Part shown: one piece after another, positions 6,407 through 11,960 of the stretch
How positions within the stretch are numbered: the first letter of the stretch is position 1
How the letters are laid out: each line of letters starts with the position of its first letter
Assembly (NCBI GenBank): GCA_039586365.1
Contig: JBDHKN010000113.1
Location: forward strand, 1 to 11,960
Direction of reading: 5' to 3'
Length of the DNA stretch: 11,960 bases
Origin: Gemmatimonadota bacterium
Lineage (GTDB): Bacteria > Gemmatimonadota > Gemmatimonadetes > Gemmatimonadales > GWC2-71-9
Program-made: the position numbers and the translations under genes
Notes under the pieces: model-generated
What the model was told of the DNA's origin: nothing
What the model saw: only the letters and a program-made list of their open reading frames with translations
The model's database searches: none

Positions 6407-7329
6407 GCCAACTCCGCTTCCGCCGCGATAAACCCGAACGCAGCCCACCCGCCACCCTCGAGGATGTTCCTGAAGATCCGTTCCGCCTCAGCTTGCTGTC
6501 CATTGTAGTAGTACCAGTTGCCGACACCGTAGGCGATGGTGGCACTCTGGACCGCGTCTTCTTCGGGAGTCAACAGTGACTCCGGCGTGGCTTGTCCTCG
6601 GTACATCAGCAACAGCTGATGGTAGGCGTCGTTCTCGATGATCTCCATATCCCCAGTGATCGGTTCAAGGACGGCGGCGGCCTCGGCATCGCGCTCGATC
6701 CTGCGTAACGTCATGTACAACCAGTGGCTCGTGGCGACGAGAGCATCGGGATTGTTGGATACTCTCAGGCACTCGCGGTAGGACGTGAGGGCGCTTGCGA
6801 AATCACCGGTCAAATACTGCGCCAGTCCCAGGTGGTACCAGATATTGAACTGCAGTGTGCTGGTGGGAATGTTGAGCGCGTTGGGTTGTCCGTCCGGTTC
6901 GATCTCGTCTTCCTGGCCAGCAACCAGCTCGGCGGCGCGCCGAAGATCCGCTATCGCCCGGTCGAACATGCGGAGCGTGATGTAGCGATGACCCCTGTGT
7001 CGATACATCCGGGCGTCGGTCGGATGAGTCTCGATACCTTGAGTGTAGGTTCGTATCGCCTCGCGGTAGTTGCCGAGGTATGCCTCACGCCGCCCCAGCC
7101 AGATGAGTGCATCTGCGTCGTGGGGGTCGGCCTCGTGGTTGGCCAGAGCGTCGGCAAGCTCCTGCTCCCTCTGTTGCTGTACCTCGGCGGCGGCCTGTGG
7201 CGGATACAGCGTATCGCCAAGCAACGAGATCGCCTGAGCGCCATCCGGTAGGTCAGGCAGATCATACTGTTCAGCCTGCGAACAGGAGACCAGTATCATT
7301 ACTAGGACAAGCAGTGTGGTTACTCGCAT
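6394..7329 (-). CDS. Tetratricopeptide-repeat lipoprotein
   Basis: Signal MRVTTLLVLVMILVS-C16 (lipobox LVSC), with GGGGGA just upstream as RBS. Several TPRs: 'ALIWLGRREAYLGNYREAIRTYTQGIETHP', 'MYRHRGHRYITLRMFDRAIADLRRA', 'IWYHLGLAQYLTGDFASALTSYRECL' and 'IAYGVGNWYYYNGQQAEAERIFRNIL'. Confidence 0.9.
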   Translation of the reverse strand: MRVTTLLVLVMILVSCSQAEQYDLPDLPDGAQAISLLGDTLYPPQAAAEVQQQREQELADALANHEADPHDADALIWLGRREAYLGNYREAIRTYTQGIETHPTDARMYRHRGHRYITLRMFDRAIADLRRAAELVAGQEDEIEPDGQPNALNIPTSTLQFNIWYHLGLAQYLTGDFASALTSYRECLRVSNNPDALVATSHWLYMTLRRIERDAEAAAVLEPITGDMEIIENDAYHQLLLMYRGQATPESLLTPEEDAVQSATIAYGVGNWYYYNGQQAEAERIFRNILEGGGWAAFGFIAAEAELAGSR

Positions 7330-7406
7330 TATTCCCCCGCACCGATCGGTAGCCAGTGGATGTGTTCAATCGGCGAAGCTGAGTGGACCGTGTTTGATCG
7401 CGTAGT

Positions 7407-7435
7407 ATTCTATCGTCAGTAGTCGGGTGCTACAA
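7407..7435 (-). promoter_or_regulatory. Putative sigma70-type promoter of the TPR lipoprotein gene
   Basis: On the minus strand: TTGTAG (7435-7430), a 17-nt spacer, then TAGAAT (7412-7407), 77 nt upstream of the start codon. Confidence 0.55.
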
Positions 7436-7557
7436 CGCTGGGCCTGCAAGCAACGTCTTTGATCTGTGTTGCTGTGATTCTTCAGGCGCCCAGGAGCGCT
7501 GGCTGGGAGGATTACAGCTGTGGTTCCGTGCCGCATCCGGCAGATCACTTGCTGTGG

Positions 7558-9348
7558 TTACTGTCCGACATCGATACGTCGGGTACGCACCGCCTGTGCT
7601 CCTGTATCCAACCGAACCTGAACAGTGATCAGATAGGTTCCTTTCATCTGTGGTGTTAGTTGAACGGTGATGGAGCGCGGGGAGTATTCACGAGGAATGA
7701 TCGACTCTTCCCACTGCATCTGAATACGGTCTTTGCGATCTCCTACCAGCCCGATCCACTCCGCAGCCTTCCGCATGAATCCCTTGCCCACCTTCTCCAC
7801 TGTCAGCGAAACAACTGCTGAATGGGGCGAACCATCGGCGCCGTAGAGTTCCCAGTACAGCCCGATCCGGGCACTGGGAGTGATGGTCGACGACACCAGC
7901 GTGTGCGGAATGGCTGATTCGAGTTCCTGCGGTGGGCGCTCGATAGGTTCTGTGAGAAGTACCTCCGACAGCGTTGGCTCACCCGAGCTTGCACTGAGCC
8001 TTTGGCGCAGGTCCAGCCAGTAGCGGCCCCTGGCGGCCATCGAGTCGGAGGGCAACAGCGCCTCAACGCTCACCAACATCTGCGAAAGCGGGACGGTCCC
8101 GGCCACGGGTGTGCAGTTGCGAGATCGCTCGATCAGCGCCGGGGCGGTTTCATTCACCAACAGGACGAGTGCGCACTGTGGTTCCGACTTGTTGAGGGGA
8201 GCCATGGTGTCGTTGGCAGGCGGTTGCGGCAAACGGTAGGCAGCGACTGCAATGGCCGAATCGCCGCGGCGGAATAGGGTAATCTCGTGCTCCAGCCAAA
8301 CGAACTCCGTGGCGTAACTGGGTCCGTACCTGCTGCGGGGTCGCTCGGGATCGATATCCCATTGGCCCGGCAAAATGGTTGACGGATCCGAGACATAGAC
8401 AGGGGGTGGGACAAAATGCTGACTTCCTTTCCGATGGTGCCCAATCAGCTCACTTGTCGCGAGAGAGGGGCTCCTTGGCCGTGCGCGTTCCCACCCTATG
8501 ATGGGACCGAAGCGTAACAGGAGTTCACGATTGTCGTCCCTCCATGCCATTCTGCGGGGGGAAGCCGACACTGTCAGCAGCTCGTTCGCCACCATTCTCG
8601 AGTAGTGTTCGGTCTCCCTTTCGTTGCCAGGAACCATGTAAAGGGGGTCGGCTAGCCACCACACACGACGCTCGAGTCCCCTCCGTTCTGGGCAGTCGAG
8701 CTTGCGGTACTCATCCAGCAAGTCGCCACTCAGCAGCAGAGACATGTCGCGCCATTCACACGCGCGCAAAGGCGGCATCGTCTCCAATGCAACTGCGAAA
8801 GACGATTCTGCAGCGGCGAAGTCGCCGCGGCTGTGATGCACATAGCCTTTCAGAGCCATACACCACCATCTGTCTGCTGCGCACTCTGCAGCGACTGAGA
8901 GAGCTACTTCCGCGCTGTCAGTCTCGAGGAGATAGCGGACTCGTTGGCCCACAATCCAACCGTTGGTGGGCAATAGGACCGCTGAGGAGTCGAGTCTGGC
9001 GAGTAAACGCGCTCTTTCTGCCACGATCTGCTCGTGATCCGGCTGCGGCGTCCAAGAATCTTCGCTGTCGTACCAGTAACAGAAGCGGCCCACTTGCTCG
9101 TCACAGTAGCTACTGCCTCGGCCGAAGGTGCGGGGTAGACGATCCCGCCGGATCCGCTCGAGACGGGCCTGCGCTGATCGTAGCTGTCTGAGTAGATATT
9201 GTGAATCTTGTTGCGCTGGTGGGAGTGGGTGACCCGGCATATGTGCCGCCGGCGTCGGTGCCAGCCGCGATGGACCTGTGATCGGACTGAGGATACACAG
9301 CGCCACGAGGATGCGGGTGCGCCGGCGCGCCGTTGATGAAAGGGGCAT
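7558..9348 (-). CDS. Exported Cys-rich protein with TPR-like helices, a degenerate GWxTD-like domain and C-terminal beta-rich domain(s)
   Basis: 596-aa ORF with a basic then hydrophobic N-terminus (TARRRTRILVALCILSP). TPR-like segment 'ALKGYVHHSRGDFAAAESSFAVAL'. The stretch 'VWWLADPLYMVPGNERETEHYSR...AWRDDNRELLLRFGP' follows the GWxTD pattern W..DP....NE...E...R...GWxTDRG...RYGP. The C-terminus 'LSEVLL...IGLYWELYG...GTYLITVQV' resembles GWxTD-protein C-termini. Confidence 0.75.
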   Translation of the reverse strand: MPLSSTARRRTRILVALCILSPITGPSRLAPTPAAHMPGHPLPPAQQDSQYLLRQLRSAQARLERIRRDRLPRTFGRGSSYCDEQVGRFCYWYDSEDSWTPQPDHEQIVAERARLLARLDSSAVLLPTNGWIVGQRVRYLLETDSAEVALSVAAECAADRWWCMALKGYVHHSRGDFAAAESSFAVALETMPPLRACEWRDMSLLLSGDLLDEYRKLDCPERRGLERRVWWLADPLYMVPGNERETEHYSRMVANELLTVSASPRRMAWRDDNRELLLRFGPIIGWERARPRSPSLATSELIGHHRKGSQHFVPPPVYVSDPSTILPGQWDIDPERPRSRYGPSYATEFVWLEHEITLFRRGDSAIAVAAYRLPQPPANDTMAPLNKSEPQCALVLLVNETAPALIERSRNCTPVAGTVPLSQMLVSVEALLPSDSMAARGRYWLDLRQRLSASSGEPTLSEVLLTEPIERPPQELESAIPHTLVSSTITPSARIGLYWELYGADGSPHSAVVSLTVEKVGKGFMRKAAEWIGLVGDRKDRIQMQWEESIIPREYSPRSITVQLTPQMKGTYLITVQVRLDTGAQAVRTRRIDVGQ

Positions 9349-9354
9349 GGGACA

Positions 9355-9384
9355 AGTCTAGGAGGAACAAGGGATACGTGTCCA
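9355..9384 (-). promoter_or_regulatory. Putative sigma70 promoter giving a leaderless mRNA for the GWxTD-like gene
   Basis: On the minus strand: TGGACA (9384-9379), 18 nt, TAGACT (9360-9355), 6 nt, then ATG (9348). No Shine-Dalgarno; the upstream sequence is pyrimidine-rich. Confidence 0.55.
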
Positions 9385-9440
9385 GACAGGATGGGGGAGG
9401 GAGGGGACCGGCGGTGACGCAACAGGACGAACAGTACGTT

Positions 9441-9468
9441 TTGCCCACTCACTGAGCCACAGTATCTT
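9441..9468 (+). promoter_or_regulatory. Putative sigma70 promoter giving a leaderless mRNA for the dehydrogenase
   Basis: TTGCCC (9441-9446), 16 nt, TATCTT (9463-9468), 7 nt, then ATG (9476). No Shine-Dalgarno. Confidence 0.55.
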
Positions 9469-9475
9469 TCTCACT

Positions 9476-10546
9476 ATGAAAGAGCTCATCAAGCAGTGGC
9501 ACGGTGAGTCGGTAGTCATTTCTTTCCACCAGCCCACCGGTACCTGGATTTTCATCGCCATACACAGCACGGTTTTGGGGAGGGCGGTCGGCGGGTGTCG
9601 AATGCGGGAATACGAGAGTCCGGAGGACGGTCTGCTAGATGCCATGCGGCTGGCGGAGGGGATGACTTACAAGTGGGCCGCGGCAGGGATGGAATTCGGT
9701 GGTGGGAAGTCGGTCCTCGGGGTGACCGGACACTTGGATTATCCCAACCGAGCCGATGTGCTCCGCCGTCTCGGTCGACTCATCGACTCCCTCTGCGGAG
9801 CCTACTCGACCGGAGAGGATCTCGGCACCACGCCGGAGGATATGGCCATCGTCGCCGAGGAGACCCAATGGGTCCACGGTATACATCCCGGTGCTCGGGC
9901 CGTCGATCCGGGTCCGTACACCGCACTGGGAGTCTTCGTGGGCATCCGCGCAGCGGTGAGCCATGTTTTTGGGTCAGAAGATCTGACGGGTCGGACGGTG
10001 GTGATACAGGGTGTTGGAGACGTTGGTGAGCCCCTGGCCCGGCGGCTGCTGGCTGCCGGGGCAGAGGTGATAGTGTGCGATCTCGACGAGGGCTTGGCAA
10101 GGCGCGTATCGAGTGAACTGGATGTGGAGGCTGTGGTACCTCACCTGGTCTACGCCCGGATGTGCGATGTCTTCGCTCCCTGCGCAGTCGGGGCCACGCT
10201 GAACGGCGACACAATACCACAGCTACAGTGCCGCATTGTGGCAGGGGCGGCTAACAACCAGCTTGCCGAACCCCGAGACGCCGACCGGCTCCGGGCAAGA
10301 GGTATCCTCTATGCTCCGGACTACGTGATCAACGCTGGCGGAGCCATCGCGCTTCCCTCACTCGACAGCGGCATGGTGACAAATGAACAGGTCGAGGAGC
10401 GTATTCAGGGGATCGAGCCAAGGCTGCTGGAGATCTTTGCGGAGGCCAGCCGCAACGATGAGTCGCCGCTTTACGCCGCCCAGCGGATGGCGGAACGGAT
10501 TCTGGCCAGAAAACGAGGGGCGCAGCGCCCACCAAGAGAGTCGTAG
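9476..10546 (+). CDS. Glu/Leu/Phe/Val dehydrogenase family protein (Leu/Phe/Val branch)
   Basis: Motifs: IAIHSTVLGRAVGGCR, MTYK, GGGK (catalytic Lys), TGEDLG, Rossmann QGVGDVG, DVFAPCA, AGAANNQL and LYAPDYVINAGG. The 356-aa length fits LeuDH/PheDH/ValDH rather than GluDH. Confidence 0.95.
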   Translation: MKELIKQWHGESVVISFHQPTGTWIFIAIHSTVLGRAVGGCRMREYESPEDGLLDAMRLAEGMTYKWAAAGMEFGGGKSVLGVTGHLDYPNRADVLRRLGRLIDSLCGAYSTGEDLGTTPEDMAIVAEETQWVHGIHPGARAVDPGPYTALGVFVGIRAAVSHVFGSEDLTGRTVVIQGVGDVGEPLARRLLAAGAEVIVCDLDEGLARRVSSELDVEAVVPHLVYARMCDVFAPCAVGATLNGDTIPQLQCRIVAGAANNQLAEPRDADRLRARGILYAPDYVINAGGAIALPSLDSGMVTNEQVEERIQGIEPRLLEIFAEASRNDESPLYAAQRMAERILARKRGAQRPPRES

Positions 10547-10558
10547 TGAACAAACAGG

Positions 10559-10588
10559 ACGGGTGCCCAAGGAGTTCTGGGCACCCGT
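10559..10588. terminator. Probable bidirectional intrinsic terminator between the convergent dehydrogenase and Omp85 genes
   Basis: Perfect 11-bp stem ACGGGTGCCCA / TGGGCACCCGT with an 8-nt loop. It is followed by TGTATGT on + and by CCTGTTTGTTC on -. Confidence 0.75.
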
Positions 10589-10619
10589 TGTATGTCTCGC
10601 CGGAGGCTGCGCCAGGCGA

Positions 10620-11960
10620 TTAGAATCCCGGCACCAGACTGAACTGCAAGTACATTCCCTTGCCCGGGCGCTGGAACGGCTTCACCCAATCAAGGCCGAG
10701 AATCAGATAGTTGAACATGTTGAAGCGGAAGGACACTCCTGCACTGTAGACGGGTTCCCGATCGCCACCCAGGAAAAACGCTCTCTCATCCTCTGGCGTA
10801 TCATAACCCAAGAAGTTGTCACTCCCCCAGGCGACTCCGGCGTCGGCGAATATGGCCATCTCGAGTGGGAGGAAACCGAACATGCCTCCGCCCAGACCCA
10901 GCACTCCGAACGGTGGGAACCGCAGTTCCGCATTGGCCACGATCATCTTGGACCCCAGGAGCTGATTGTATGCGGTGCAGAACTGCTGCGATTCGCACTC
11001 CGCCCGCGCGTCAAAGGAGCCCAAATCGTAGCCTCGCACCAAACCCGGATAGCCTAGGTTGAGGAATTGCAGCCGGAGGTCCTCTGAATCCGCGCCATAG
11101 CGGCCGTAGTGCATCACGCGGCCCGCAAGAGTGAACGGTCTGACCGGCATGGCGTACTTGCGGAAGTCGAGTAAACCGTTCCACAGGTCCAGCGACCCTA
11201 TCATTGGTGAGACTTCGACGCGATACCGCTGGCCCGTAAACGGGCTGGCGATGCCCCAGTAGGAATTGTCATAGACCAGGGCCGCGCTTGCCTGGCCCAG
11301 GTTCAACCCATCTGGAGACTCCAGGGGCACTGTTACGCGGTCCACGTGACGGTAGAGAGCGTCGTAATAGTCACTCCGGATCTCCCAGTCATAGGTGATG
11401 TTGGTGAAGCCGGCCGACAGCTCCATCCTACTCACCCTACTGAACGGGTAGGAGACAATCCCGCCGAGCCTCCGGGAAGTTTGCCTCTGGCGGAACAGAT
11501 CATCGACAAGGAGCATCCGGGTCGTATCGATCCTCGAGCTGTAGAATCCCGTGCTGTACGTGTATTGCTGGACATTCACTCCCCAATTGAGACGTCGGGT
11601 CATGTTGGCGTATGACACGAGCGCGGAGATGTCTTTCAGTCCACCATTGATCTGTAACATCGTGGCGAGGTTGTGACCTCCGAGGATGTCGCTCCAGAAC
11701 AACGAAGCACCGCCCCCGATATAGGTACCGTAGTTGTCGGCACCGATCACCAGGGAAGGTTGTGACACGTAGTCCAACCCCAAGCCCGGGTGGTAGCCGT
11801 CCGACGAGTAGACGGTGTCCTGCGGCAGCCCAAAGAAAGGATTGTCCAACAGCGCTACTACTTCGTTTGTGGCGCGGCGCACCGGAGGTAGGATCGCGGG
11901 ATCGACCGCTTCGTAGGAATAGAGTACGGGGCCACCAGCGAGTTCTTCAGGGTCGTCGAT
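10620..11960 (-). CDS. Omp85/BamA-TamA superfamily outer-membrane protein, C-terminal part (5' end outside the window)
   Basis: The frame stays open to the window edge (IDDPEELAGGPVLYSYEAVDPAILPPV precedes the tracked ORF), so the GTG at 11882 is not the start. Omp85 barrel motifs include 'YDNSYWGIASPFTGQRY', VRGY in loop 6, 'NAELRFP' and FADAG (FxDxG), with C-terminal QFSLVPGF. Confidence 0.9.
   Translation of the reverse strand: MDDPEELAGGPVLYSYEAVDPAILPPVRRATNEVVALLDNPFFGLPQDTVYSSDGYHPGLGLDYVSQPSLVIGADNYGTYIGGGASLFWSDILGGHNLATMLQINGGLKDISALVSYANMTRRLNWGVNVQQYTYSTGFYSSRIDTTRMLLVDDLFRQRQTSRRLGGIVSYPFSRVSRMELSAGFTNITYDWEIRSDYYDALYRHVDRVTVPLESPDGLNLGQASAALVYDNSYWGIASPFTGQRYRVEVSPMIGSLDLWNGLLDFRKYAMPVRPFTLAGRVMHYGRYGADSEDLRLQFLNLGYPGLVRGYDLGSFDARAECESQQFCTAYNQLLGSKMIVANAELRFPPFGVLGLGGGMFGFLPLEMAIFADAGVAWGSDNFLGYDTPEDERAFFLGGDREPVYSAGVSFRFNMFNYLILGLDWVKPFQRPGKGMYLQFSLVPGF

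Noticed and set aside
7330..7557. 228-nt intergenic region with short ORFs (7366-7548, 7459-7659) and a 6-bp inverted repeat AGCAAC/GTTGCT; possible sRNA or riboswitch
   Set aside because: I recognised no RNA family motif or strong structure. The promoter of the TPR gene explains part of the region.
8544..11057. Long alternative-frame ORFs (8544-9191, 8904-9452, 9595-10029, 10383-11057 and similar)
   Set aside because: They overlap well-supported genes, have Arg/Pro/Ser-rich low-information composition and no motifs, as expected in high-GC DNA.

Overview
This is a GC-rich bacterial window with nine convincing CDSs, eight of which encode cell-envelope or exported proteins. The gene styles suggest a diderm, possibly Gemmatimonadota-like, but that is inference only. 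On the + strand, a tightly coupled four-gene operon (414-5346) encodes an Ig/PPC-repeat lipoprotein, a zinc-ribbon Ser/Thr kinase with a TM helix and PEGA domain, an exported TPR + FlgD-Ig-like protein, and a small outer-membrane beta-barrel. A DUF4097 beta-repeat protein follows, with an ECF-sigma-like promoter. On the - strand are a TPR lipoprotein and a Cys-rich, degenerate GWxTD-like exported protein. The latter is divergent from a Leu/Phe/Val dehydrogenase, and both genes look leaderless. The window ends in the 3' part of an Omp85/BamA-superfamily barrel gene (-) that runs off the right edge. Non-coding features include a family of GCT(C/A)(C/T)CN heptamer tandem repeats at three sites and two hairpins between convergent genes. 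I saw no rRNA, tRNA, CRISPR array or transposase. The best candidate for an undescribed system is the four-gene operon, read as a putative trans-envelope Ser/Thr-kinase signalling module.
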